Positions 26,439 to 38,354 of a stretch of DNA of 64,000 bases are shown here, piece by piece; the stretch's first letter is position 1, and the number at the start of each line of letters is the position of its first letter. The notes beneath the pieces are model-generated. The model worked only from the letters and a program-made list of their open reading frames with translations, was not told the origin of the DNA and did not search any database. The DNA is from Octopus sinensis (taxonomy: Eukaryota), in contig NC_043003.1 of assembly GCF_006345805.1 (NCBI RefSeq), positions 1,054,001 to 1,118,000 on the forward strand. The letters are read 5' to 3'. The position numbers and the translations under genes are program-made.

Positions 26439-27654
26439 TTTGAAAGAAGTTTGAATTGCTTGAATATTAACCTTAAATTTTTGTACAAGGCCAACAATTT
26501 CGTTGGGAGAGAGGGCGCTAGTCGATTATATTGACCCCAGTACTCAATTGATACTTATTTTATCGATCTCGAAAGGACAAAAAGCAAAGTCGACTTTGGC
26601 AGAATGTGAAACCAGGATGTAAAGACGGACGAAATGCTGCTAAGCATTTTGTCCGGCCTACTAACGATTCTGCATTAATATTGATAGAAATCTTCATGTT
26701 TGATAGATTAAAATCAACTCTTTCATATCGGGAGCAATTAGTTTATCAACCTTGTATAAATGAAAGGCAAAGTCGGAAATCGCACGATCTTATGCCAGAA
26801 ATAGAGTAATAGATACCATGCACGTGCTGCCTCGAACCCTTAGGTTTTGTCACGTCAGCTACATGGTCTCCATGGCGTATGAGTGACCGATGCCACAATA
26901 TTCTCCTTGAGCAAGACGTCGGGCCGTTGCAAGGTTGCTCACTTACAGCTAAGTGGACAGAAGTAAATTGAAATGAAGTGTTTTGCTCAAGAGCACAACT
27001 CACGGGTATCGAAACCACGACCGTGTGATAGCGAGTGCAACACCCTAACCACTAGGCCATTGATTTTCTCTAAATAGATACCATAGAAATCGTAAAACTT
27101 GGCGTTTTATGTTTGCCTCAAATCCTCTGCCTATTCCTGTTCTCGTCTTTCAATGAGTTCAGTTTCGAATTATCCAAATTTGCAGGAATCCTGTGGATCG
27201 TTACCTGTATTATATTTATCCAATTATTCCTCTCGCTTATTCAAGAACAACTTGAATACGCATCTTCTTTTCTCATTCTAACAAATAACAAAAAAAGAAA
27301 GAGAAAACCACGAAAACTCCTAATGAGTTTTCAGCTAAGCTACGACAATGCAGCAACTCTGCATGTGGTCGTTTTCTTCTGTAAAATACAGAAAACAGAT
27401 CGTAATTTTAATTCAGCAAGGATTAGATTAGATATAACATAAAGAAACACTCGTTGCACGCAGAAACCCTGCTTGTACTCTTAAATATTTCGCTATCTAC
27501 AAAGTAATAATACACGAGTGAGGCATAAGACCATTGCTGTTTGTTGTACTACGTAATCTTTCCAACAAATGCCTGATACACAGAGATGGCTTACAACTGT
27601 AAACCACTTTGGGCAAAGCTTAGGATATTCCAATTTTGCATTTGGTTTGCAAGA

Positions 27655-28230
27655 TTTCGTTGCTCGTCTTTTTTCTTTCTGTTCCTTTTGTTATACTGTT
27701 GTTTCTTGGGACGGTCATTTTGCTATAATAAACACACGCACTGGTTCTACTACACTTCTTTATTTTTTGTGCGTATTTTTTACTACTTACTGCTTTCTAA
27801 AAATTCTCTTCCTTTCACTTATTACCCTTTGTTTTCGTTGCTCGATTCTTTTCTCTCTGCTTCCTCTGCTATAGTGTGTGTATCTCGGGAGGGTCATTAT
27901 GCTATAGTAAACACATGCACTGGTTCTATAAAACTTCTTTATTATGTTTTTTTTTTTGTCTTTCTCACTATTTACTGCATCTCAAACTCTTTTCATTTGA
28001 TTATATCCTTTTGTATTCGTTGCTCGGTTTTTCTCCTTTCTTTCCTACTACTACAGTGTTGTATCTCGGGAGAGTCATTATACCAATAATAAGTACACAC
28101 ACACTGGTTACATTTCCCTTCTCTATTATCTAAGTAAAGAAACTAACAAAAATAGACAATATAGAAGTAAAATAGAACCAGTGCATGTTTATTAATGACA
28201 TAATGACCCTCCCGACAGACAACACATTAT
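27655..28230. repeat. ~180-bp tandem repeat (units start 27655, 27833, 28015) plus an inverted partial copy at 28170-28230
   Basis: Recurrent ttcgttgctcg and tcgggagggtcattatgctatagtaaacacatgcactggttcta. A dispersed homolog lies on the minus strand at about 19640-19780. Confidence 0.85.
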
Positions 28231-28612
28231 GGGCGAATATTAAAGCTATTAGAAGTGTCGAAGAGCGGAAAGTAGGATGTTATCAAGTCTATGATTTTAT
28301 AAGGCATAAAGGCCACGACTTCCCATTTATCCACCTCTCGAAATTTCATGATTCATGGCTTTTCTCGTTTAGGAAGATATGCGCGCGCGCGCATAATTCT
28401 TCAATAAGTATTTTATGAATATCAAATATCATTAAGCTAGAAAATGGAGAGAGTTAATGGATAAAATTAATTAATTAGTTGATTAATTTTATCAATTAAA
28501 TCTCTCCATTTCCTTGCTTAATTATATATTTGTGTGTATATGTGCGTGTGTATACATAAGTAAATATATGAAACATCGAATCAACCAATTTCTGTGCAGA
28601 CGTGTGTGTGTT

Positions 28613-28664
<52 letters not shown>

Positions 28665-28824
28665 TGTGTGTGAATATGTGGGTATGGAATAAGTTAATGA
28701 GGCTTATATATATATATGTATGCATGTGTATGAAACTTATATGTACATGTGTATGTATATATATACGTATATATACACACACACATGTATGTGTGTGTGT
28801 ATGTATATGATCATTTTTAGTCAG

Positions 28825-29045
28825 CTAGTCAAGTGTCCACATCCGATTTATTGTCATAATAACGAGGAACTGGAAGAGAAACAACAAAGGCATCCACTTG
28901 CCAGGAAGAATATTGGCGGAGTTACATAAGTAATCATAACAATAACACACTTTGGTGAGACTTCTGGACCCTGTGGATAGATAACAACCTTCGGGTTTCA
29001 CGTAGGTAGGTCTTACGGCGCAGGAAAAGGAGTTGTAGATGACCA
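28825..29045 (-). CDS. Terminal coding exon of the same Ly6/uPAR protein: (V)VIYNSFSCAVRPTYVKPEGCYLSTGSRSLTKVCYCYDYLCNSANILPGKWMPLLFLFQFLVIMTINRMWTLD*
   Basis: Acceptor ctgtttttcttctcttacaatttcAG|TG. Phase 1 matches the upstream donor (G+TG=Val). It carries Cys6-10 ending in the CxCxxxxCN motif, followed by small residues (N-S-A), a spacer and a hydrophobic C-terminus typical of a GPI signal. Stop TAG at 28827-28825. Confidence 0.9.
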
Positions 29046-29074
29046 CTGAAATTGTAAGAGAAGAAAAACAGATT

Positions 29075-29116
<42 letters not shown>

Positions 29117-29491
29117 TATAAAAATTATATATAAAGAAACAAGAACGTGAAATACACAAAGGGACGAACACAGAAAACAGACGGGTCATTCGAAGCCTTT
29201 AATCTTCAGTCAGAAACCGGATCATCATAGCAAATTTCGGCTGATTAATTCTGATATTTGCTCCAACGCGGCCAGCCCCAAGGAAAAACTAAGCTGTGAG
29301 CATTAGATTTCTTGGAAAAAGGAACAAATGTAAACGCAACAAGGACAGAAAAACGGACGAAGCCACACGAATATAAATACAAAAAACGAAAACAAAAATA
29401 AAAATAAAAACAAGAATGGTAATAACAGGATAACAGCAGGTGTCTTACGACTTTAGACAAATTGAGACAAATTTAACTTATCTAGCAGGCG

Positions 29492-29530
<39 letters not shown>

Positions 29531-29646
29531 CAATATAGGGTAAGAATTAATTAATTAATAAATCAATTAATTAACTGATTAATAATTAATCATTTTACCT
29601 AGTAGTCAGTACGTTAAAATAACCTTTATAGGTGAATTATACAAAA

Positions 29647-29790
29647 TCTCTTATTATAAAAGGCAGATTTTATCTGCCTCCCTTTGGGAGTTATACAAAT
29701 CTACAATATAGGATTTCTTCAATTACAATTTACCTAGCATTTTTAAGAGTACAATGCATCGCGTCATGCCAGGTCCATTTTTTAAATTTA
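29647..29790 (+). mobile_element. Helitron 5'-end fragment
   Basis: A^TCtcttattataaaaggcag start resembles the other Helitron 5' ends in the window. No 3' CTAG end found. Confidence 0.4.
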
Positions 29791-30465
29791 AACTCCAATT
29801 AAGCAAAATTTACAGAAAACTCACATTCTGGTGTGTGTGTCAAATGCTTTTCTTAGTCTGGTTTACACCACACGCAAACGCACACACACAGTGGGCAACG
29901 AATAAAGTGAAACTAGATGTAATATTTGTTTCTCTCTATCACGCTGATAGATACATGAGTAAAATGTATGGGAAGCTAACACATAAGTGTGAGTGAAAAT
30001 GTTCTTGGAAGAGAGTAAATAGCCAGAGATAGTGATTTGAGGAAGACTACATTAAATAACCGTAGTGGCTTGTGTTAGTAATAAAGTAAACATACACTCA
30101 TACATACATACATACATACATACATACATACATACACACACACACATACATACATACACACACACATACATACACACATACATACATATACATACATACA
30201 TATACATACATACATACACACACACACACATACACACACACACAGTATTGAAGCTTGAGAACAATCAGATACATTTGCAACACATCTGTTGAAAATATTA
30301 TTGTTCACACACATACATATACATATATACATACAGACAGACAGACAGATAACACACACACACACACCACACATGATCCAGCATGGCCACAACCTCAAGG
30401 CTGAAACATAAAAAGAATAACAGAATATAAATGTGTGCATGTGTGTGAGAGAGAGAGTGTGTGTG

Positions 30466-30497
<32 letters not shown>

Positions 30498-30679
30498 TGT
30501 ATGTATGTATGTATATATATATAATAATGCGGTTTTTTCAACAGCTTGAACTAAAAGTCAGAGGGGAATGGGATAAACTACTTATATTAGTAGTAATTTT
30601 ATCTTGTCCTTATTCATAGTGCAAGTTTTGAAGAGTGCATTTCGATTTTAACAGCTATTTTTTTCAAAGCTATATTGGA

Positions 30680-30950
30680 ACAGCCTAGAAGACGAGCCTC
30701 ATCCTGAAAGATCTGTAGAACTCGACAAGGACATCCTGAAAACCCTGGTGGAACAAAATCTCATCGTAACTGTTGAGGAACTAGCAGAGAAGCTTGGATT
30801 TGGTCATTCAACCATTCATTGAGACCTGTGTGCTATCGGAAAAGTCAGCAAATTGGGTCAATGGGTTCCTCACGAACTTTCCGAGTCTAATTGCATGCAG
30901 AGAGTGAATGTATGCTTTTCTTTGCTGTCACATCTCACCACTACTGCGCT
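30680..30950 (+). mobile_element. mariner transposase fragment truncated by Helitrons
   Basis: SLEDEPHPERSVELDKDILKTLVEQN...TVEELAEKLGFGHSTIH*DL...KLGQWVPHELS (WVPHEL motif). Confidence 0.85.
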
Positions 30951-30957
30951 ATGTATA

Positions 30958-31595
30958 TCTATATATATAAAACTGTAGTTGTGTGAGTGTCTGTCCCCTT
31001 CGATTTAGATTCCTAACTACTCCCACATTTTGCGGTGCAGTTTAACCAAATTCGGGTAGCTTATAGTTGTGATTCATATCGAGCCCGTCTGAGTATTAGC
31101 GCGCGTCTACGATGAGTCTACGATTTTAAAAATAATTTAACATCATTTTTTATTCCATTTTAATGCATAATTTTTCGTGTGTCGATGGCGGCGGAGTTGG
31201 CGTCCACGCTCACACCTGCACCTGTGGGGAAGGGAGTGTAAGGAAATCAACGTCGTAATGCGTTGTCAAGGAGACCAGCGTTCTTTTAGAACAACAACTT
31301 CATGGCTTGAAGACACCAAAACAGAAATGGCTAAGAAAGCGTCTCATGTGAGTCTACGATTTAAAAAAAAATTTACCATCGTTTTTTTTTCATTTTATTG
31401 CATTTTTTCGCTATTATATAAGGGAAGTAACTCTCTAAAAATGTCTACGATGAGTCAACGATTTTTCAAAAAATTTACCATCATATTTTTTCCATTTTTA
31501 ATGCATTTTTTGCTATTTTTTGGCTATAACTCTCTAAAAATGCTTATATAGTTATTTCCCTTACAAACCCGAGCAACGCCGGGCGATACTGCTAG
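30958..31595 (+). mobile_element. Non-autonomous Helitron
   Basis: A30957^TC start, 3' hairpin cccgagcaacgccggg, then CTAG (31592-31595)^T. Contains internal subrepeats. Confidence 0.9.
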
Positions 31596-31888
31596 TCTCT
31601 CTATATATAAACGGCAAAATGTCTGTCTGTCTGTGTGTGTATCCTTTATACAAATCCACAATTTTTCAGTTAGAGGGCTCGCACTTTCTATGGTCATTCG
31701 AAACCGTCCAAGGGTGGTCGTGCACATCTTTACATTTCCCCAGTCATCCTGCAAAGCCATTAAAAAATCAATAGAAGTGACTTTTTTGTGAATTTTCTAT
31801 CCAAAACCCAATCAAAATGCCCGAAACTTGATACACCAATGGAATGCCAGCTAGCTGTATGTGATTGGTCGCCGGGTCATAGTGCTAG
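31596..31888 (+). mobile_element. Second non-autonomous Helitron, directly abutting the first
   Basis: TCtctctatatataaacggc start with a (GTCT)n tract. Ends cgccgggtcatagtgCTAG (31885-31888)^T. Confidence 0.8.
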
Positions 31889-32160
31889 TATTCTATAATT
31901 ATATACATAAATATAATTATAATCAGGGGTCAGCTTCTCCATGTACCGAAATTAGAAATAGAAGCTAAAGCCATTTCAACTACCATAAGTATCTCCGAGA
32001 CAATAACACACTTCTTTCTTTTTGCCTACATAAAAATTGTGTTATTGTCTCGGAGATACTTATGGTAGTTGAAATGGCTTTAGCTTCTATTTCTAATTTC
32101 GGTACGAGGCGAAGCAATTAGCTGACCCCTGATTATAATTATGCATATAATTATAGAATA
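31889..32160. repeat. Long palindrome with a perfect 68-bp inner stem (31943-32010 / 32038-32105) and a 27-nt loop
   Basis: Arms are exact reverse complements. Outer imperfect arms extend to 31889/32160. Confidence 0.95.
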
Positions 32161-32227
32161 TTTTGTATATATATATATGTATGTAAGGCAAATGAAAGTT
32201 TTAATAACACAGAGAATAAATTACATA

Positions 32228-32442
32228 CGAAGGTGTGCTGAAAAGTTCCTGGCTTTAAGGGTGTCGTGAAAAGCCTGGTTAGAAGCCCTATCTTCCGAGT
32301 TCTTTTACAGGCCTTAAAAAAAACTGAAGGACCGTTGCAATAAATGTGTGAAACTGAGAAGGGAATATGTTGAATAAAATCATAATTAACTGATCCTCTT
32401 TTTATTTTCTTTGACCCCAAACCAGGAACTTTGCAGCTCCCC

Positions 32443-32446
<4 letters not shown>
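32228..32446. mobile_element. mariner-type MITE (219 bp)
   Basis: TA|CGAAGGTGTGCTGAAAAGTTCCTGG ... CCAGGAACTTTGCAGCTCCCCCTCG|TA. Confidence 0.85.
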
Positions 32447-32492
<46 letters not shown>

Positions 32493-32732
32493 CATTTGAA
32501 AAAATGAAGAGAAATACCTTTTCTGTTATTTTCTCCACTTTAATTATTAGATGTTTATAAGTTTACAAAAGGTGACTCTGATAGTTTCACGTTTAGAAGC
32601 AGTTTTCAAACTATTTTTATTGTTTATTATTCACTGTTTAAATAGGGAGTGTTTACTTACAAGCATACACACATACACAGACAACATACATACACATACA
32701 TACATACATACATACATACATACATACATACA

Positions 32733-32766
<34 letters not shown>

Positions 32767-32822
32767 CATACATACATATACTTAAATACATACATACATA
32801 CATACATACATACATACAATAC

Positions 32823-32853
<31 letters not shown>

Positions 32854-33039
32854 CATAATTAGGTGAATGAATTATCCTATGTTTATCGTCAGCATGGAAA
32901 ATTCGTTTAACCGAAACCTGGGTAGCAAATTCACGTCAGAAACACGGTTGAAGCGACCTGTCAAGGGTAGAAACTCCGGGTTCATGTGCAGAAATTTGTG
33001 TATTGTATATGAATAAATGAAAGAATGGGTTCGAACGAA

Positions 33040-33785
33040 GATGTTAACAAAATTCCTTTACTCTCGACATATGTTTCGAAGACAACATGTTTTCATTCCA
33101 AAGGAATAAAGGGTGCATTATGCAATCTTCTCATCAGGAAAGAAAGTGAGCCTCTCTCGACAACAAGACAAACAAAAATTTCGATGACTGCCTACAGCGA
33201 TAATGAGTGTTTTTTTTTAAAAAACCGTTAGAAGAATTGACGTCAAAGATAGATAGTATGAAGAGAAGGGTTAAAGGAATAATAGGTAGGAAACAGGTGG
33301 AGAGGGAAGGGTACGTTGATTGAAAGAATGTTCGAAGGCTTAGGAAAGAATTTCTCTATAGAAGTGGGGTGGACGTAAAGCTAATTGTTCAAACCACAGT
33401 GACTATCGTTATCATTTATTTGAGTAGAAAGTGTGTTTCTGCCAGTGTTTACATTTGTATGATTTTTCTATGAGTGTGTTTACTAGGGGAACCTTAGAGA
33501 AAAAGAATATGGAAGAGTTCAGAGTTACAAATGTTACAAAATCTCCTGCCCTTATCAAAAGGAAAGGATACAGACAGTATGAACCAATCTAACTTGAAAT
33601 TTACGTTGTTGTCTTTAAGACGCCAAACTAATTTACTTAGCCCTGTACTATGTCGTTTTTTACTATCCCTGAATGTTGAATAGTGGTTTGAAATTCTCTT
33701 GGATAACTGGGAAGTGGACGCTCCTATATAGAAGAAGACATCGGTACCGGAAGAAATTCTACACTGGTAAATAGAATTCTTAAAT
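33040..33785 (-). mobile_element. Penelope-like element 3' part: GIY-YIG endonuclease C-terminus and pseudo-LTR with hammerhead
   Basis: SIYQCRI...YIGASTSQLSKRISNHYSTF...STGLSKLVWRLK...FCNICNSELFHIL. The C-terminal GIY-YIG with CxxC resembles Naiad-type PLEs (inferred). Confidence 0.85.
33056..33146 (-). ncRNA. Hammerhead ribozyme motif with canonical core and an extended stem II
   Basis: ctttctttc-CTGATGA-GAAGA-[43 nt]-TCTTC-GAAA-C-atat-G-TC-gagagtaaag. GUC triplet, predicted cleavage after C33066. Confidence 0.75.
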
Positions 33786-33811
33786 ACATATATATATATA
33801 CATACATACAT

Positions 33812-33861
<50 letters not shown>

Positions 33862-34403
33862 GTTGTGCATAGCATTTGAATTCAAAACCTGATTGTGTAG
33901 ATATAGGTGTGTGTCTGTATTTATGTGTTTTTCCCCTCCACCATCACTTGACAACTGATGTTGGTGTGTTTACATTCCCGTTACTTAGCGGTTCAGTATA
34001 AGAGACCAATAGAATGAATACTAGGCTTACAAAGAATAAGTCCCGGGGTCGATTTCTTCAACTAAAAGGCGGTGCTCCAGCATGGCCGCAGTCAAATGAC
34101 TGAAACAAATAAAAGGTCAAAAGAATGAGTTTTGTTAATTGTTTTAGTTTCAACGCAAGTCCCAAATCCCTCGCCAGTGGAAGTGCATCTCTGAAATTCA
34201 TCATTCATAATTCATAATTCATAATTCATCGTTCATCATTCATCATTCATAGTTCCTTTATAAAGCTTTGTAAACCTTGTGTTTGACATCACCTTTTGTT
34301 GGAAATTGAGGGAAGTGACACGAAAGAAAAGGTGCAAGGCTACGTGACGGAAGGCGGAGATAAACACGCGTAAACAAGACCAGAAACCATAATGAAAACA
34401 GGG

Positions 34404-34477
<74 letters not shown>

Positions 34478-34898
34478 AGAAGACCAAATGATTTTTCTAC
34501 TTTTCTTCTATGTCAGTCTCCTCCTCCCGTTTTTTTTTGCCGTCGCCTATCCTTCTATTGTTACGTTGAAGGCCTAATGTTTTGGCGTTTAGTGTACCTC
34601 CATATAATGGCGAGCAGAGAGAGATGTCACTTACGTGTAGAGGTGACAGGGCATCATTAATTTTCTTTCTACGAACAACTTCCTTTTAATTATGATTCTT
34701 TTCCTCGGTAACTTCTTTGCATACTCTTTAGCTCTCTAATCCATTCTATATGTCGTAGCCCCGTCCCCACCACAGCGCTAAACCTTTCGCTACTCTTAAT
34801 CTCTATGCATTTCCCGCCAATGCAATCCTCCATCTCTTTCTTCTTCTGACACTGAAGATTTCCTCTCCTATTCAACGTATACTTTCTTCACTGGCATT

Positions 34899-34941
<43 letters not shown>

Positions 34942-34958
34942 TTATTGATGACTAGATA

Positions 34959-35904
34959 TCTCTCTCTATATAAGCGGCAGTTTGTCTGTCTGTGTGTGTC
35001 AGGTTGTACCCTTACCCTGACCACGGCTTTCAATCGATTCTGATGAAACTTGACACTCACATAGCCCAATATCATAATTCAAAACTAACGCAGCGAAAAT
35101 TTTGAAAACTTCCCCCAGTTCTGAAAAAAATCGATAAATTCGACATGGGTCGAGAATCAGAAACACAAACCAAAGACTGTCTAGGGGACGCAACTCGACC
35201 TTTTTAACTCTCAACTCCATCAATATCCAGCTACTTGAAGCTATTCCTGGTGATGTCCACGTCTACAAATCTATTGATAGGACAGCAGACCCCGCCGAGC
35301 TTGCCGATTATCCTGTTGAATTCATGAATTCACTTGAACCGCCAGGCCTGCCACCACACATCCTGAAGTTAAAAGTCGGTGCGCCCATTATGCTCATCAG
35401 GAATTTGGTACCACCTAAACAGTGCAACGGCACACGTCTGGTTGTGAAACAATTTGCCACAGCATTTAATAACGGCCACAATACTTACCAGTTGTGGGAA
35501 GGGAGAGGACGTCTTCATTCCACGCATGCACCTTCAACCGTCGGGCGCTGACCTACCAATCCACTTCAGGCGTTCTCAGTTTCCTGTTAAACTCTGCTTC
35601 GCAATATCCATCATAAATCCCAAGGCCAACGCTACAAGTCGCTGGGTTACAGTGGGCGAACAGTGCTTCGCCCACGGTCAACTCTACGTGGGCTGTTTAC
35701 GTGTTTGGGAGGCGCAATGATGTTTTCATGTTTTCGCCCAAAGGGACAGCTAGGAACATCGTATACACAGAAGTATCGAGTGAAGAGAAGACATTGCAAC
35801 TACACATGCGCCTTCGTTCCCGAGAGGGAAAAGACTAGATTGAGATTAGTCGTTGCCTACTAGGGGCTCTTACATACCCGGGCAACGCCGGGCTATGCTG
35901 CTAG
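34959..35904 (+). mobile_element. Internally deleted Helitron carrying a PIF1-type helicase C-terminal fragment
   Basis: A^TC start, cccgg-gcaacg-ccggg hairpin, CTAG^T end. Frameshifted MNSLEPPGLPPHILKLKVGAPIMLIRNL...CNGTRL, RRSQFPVKLCFAISI and FAHGQLYVG. Confidence 0.92.
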
Positions 35905-35949
35905 TAGATATATAAATAGATATTATAATGCCGATGAATGTATATATGG

Positions 35950-36009
<60 letters not shown>

Positions 36010-36064
36010 TATATAATAATATAATATATTATATATATATATACATATATATATATATTTTTTT

Positions 36065-36732
36065 CTTATTAGTTTCAGCTCAGAGCTGCGACCATGCTGA
36101 TGCACCGCCATTTTGCTACACTGTTATTACTAAGAGCCTCCTCTAATATGTGGCACTTGGTGAAGAATGGAGTTTGATATAGCTACTCTCATTTGGACCT
36201 CTTGCCGTGAGGTAGGTTCATCTGGGACTCTCGACAAGAAGAGGTCCAGCTTTGATTTTAAAACCCCTACATCTACTTTGTGCAAGTTCCTCAGATTCTT
36301 TGGGAGAATATTAAAAAGCTGTGGGCCCTTGAAACCCAGGCTGTTGCAGAAGCTGGTCCTGAAGCGTGATGGCATTGCTGGGATCTTTGGCACTATGCAG
36401 TGTCGTCCCGTTCTGGCATTGGTGTAGCTTTCAATGTCAAAATTTGGCACAATTCCTTCCAGGATCTTCCAGACATATATTACTGCATACCTCTCCCGTC
36501 TTCTCTCCAGGGAGTAGAGTCTTAGCTGTTTCAACCTTTCCCAGTAGCTGAGCTGTTGCAAAGAGACGATCTTCTTTGTGAATCTTCTCTGGATTGCTTC
36601 AAGGTCCTCTGTTAATCTCACACTGGTGGGTGACCATAGCTGTGAGCAGTAATCCAGGCGGCTGAGGACGAATGTCCGCCAGAGGACCATCATGGTTTCC
36701 TTATCTCTGGTTCTGAACGTTCTGAGGATCCA
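36065..36732 (-). mobile_element. 5'-truncated CR1/L2-type LINE with an intact ORF2 C-terminus (~200 codons) and 3' stem-loop tail
   Basis: WILRTFRTRDKETMMVLWRTFVLSRLDYCSQLWSP...YWERLKQLRLYSLERRRERY...GPQLFNILPK. Tail cagcatggtcgcagctctgagctgaaactaataag plus A-rich end. Confidence 0.93.
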
Positions 36733-36749
36733 TACACACACACACACAC

Positions 36750-36805
<56 letters not shown>

Positions 36806-37289
36806 CGCACATTTATATACATACATATGCGCAAATATGGCTTTGTTATACGCAAAAATAATTAAGATTAAGTGGAATTAGGTACTTAAATTGAGGCACC
36901 TTCCCAGTTCGGTTTTGTTGCTATAGTAAGATGGGATTAAGACTTTTGAGGAGACTGAAAGGAGACAAGTGTAGTTTCAACAAAGAAGATATTTATTTCT
37001 TTATTACCCACAAGGGGCAAAACATAGAGGGGACAAACAAGGACAGACAAAGGGATTATGTCGATTACATGCGTAACTGGTAATTAATTAATCGACTCCG
37101 GAAGGATGAAAGGCAAAGTCGACCTCGGCGGAATTTGAACTCGGAACGTAGCGGCAGACGAAATACCACTAAGCATTTCGCCCGACGTGCTAGTCGACTA
37201 GATCGACCCCAGTGTTCAACTGGTACTTAATTTATCGACCCCGAAAGGATGAAAGGCAAAGTCAATCTCGGAGTCAGCTGGGCATGCTA

Positions 37290-38350
37290 TGTCTTTGTTT
37301 TCTTTCTCAATTAACACTATGTCCGGCTTCCTATTCTCTATCTCATGGTTGCACTAAATCAAAAAATTCCATAGGATCTTTGCATTTCTATTTTCGACGA
37401 TGCATTCAGGTTTGTGGTCGTACCAATTTTTTGTTCTATCAAGTCCATACTTGTTGCAAAGTGTCCAATGGACAAGCCTGGCTATATTGTCGTGGCGTCT
37501 CATATTCCTTCTGGTCTAGTGGCGTACATTGGCTGGTAATATGCCATACGGTTTCACCGTTTTGTCCACAGATTCTGCACTTATCACTTTCTGCTGTGTT
37601 GTCTATTCTGTATTTTATGCAGTTTGTTCTTAGTGCTTGCTCTTGGACAGCACAGATTAGAGCCTCCGTTTTCGGTTTTAAATCACTTTTAGCCATCCAC
37701 AGCCATCTTTTTTCTCTGTCTGTCTTATCTTCAACATCCCTATGAAATTGACCATGCATTCTTTTCTTTACCCATCCTATTTTCAGTTTCATTCGTTTTC
37801 AATTTCTTGTATGGTGCTTTATCTTTGTAATATTTCATCTTACACAAGCCTGACCTTCCTACTTCTAATAATAGCGGTTCTGTAGCATTTGTTTACATAC
37901 CATGCTATGTTGTTTTCTTCTGCTCTAATGCTGTGTTCGCATCCAGTAAGACCTCTTCCCCCTCTTTTTCTTGGTACATACAGTCTGTCTGTGTCACTTT
38001 TTGGGTGGAGTATCCCATATCTAGTCAGCAACTTCCTTGTCTTTCTGTCTAAGCCGTTTAGTTCGTCTGCTGTCAATGCGATTACCCCTGCTCCATATCT
38101 AAGGAGTGAAACCGCCCAGGTGTTGATAGCATCAATCTTATTCTGTCCGATAAAATTCGACTTAAGGATCAGTCTGCACAAGTACTCCACCTTAATTTTT
38201 TCTGTCATTTCTTTCTCCATCAATTTATCCATTTCCAATATCTCCGAGTACTTATAGCCCGTATCGGCTATCTGCTTCATAACCTCCCCTGACGGTATCG
38301 TTAGCCCGCCCATACATTTGATTTTGCCTCTCTTCAAGACTAACACACCA
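37290..38350 (-). mobile_element. Dong/R4-clade (RLE) LINE fragment: RT C-terminus, thumb and CCHC knuckle
   Basis: NKIDAINTWAVSLLRYG...LDRKTRKLL...HPKSDTDRLYVPRKRGGRGL, MHGQF, QEQALRT and CRICGQNGETVWHITSQC. Confidence 0.9.
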
Positions 38351-38354
38351 CGTA

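Noticed and set aside
27655-28110. CRISPR-like array
   Set aside because: Eukaryotic context, ~180-bp diverged monomers with no unique spacers, and no cas genes.
29120-29460. Possible ribozyme in the repeat just upstream of the last Ly6 exon (also about 58170-58250 and 61700-61770)
   Set aside because: CTGAAGA/CTGAAGG-like words are present, but there is no correctly placed GAAA-stem III-UH arrangement.
33494-33823. Selenoprotein-type (in-frame TGA/SECIS) Naiad element
   Set aside because: No in-frame TGA at a Cys position in the visible fragment, and no SECIS that I can support.
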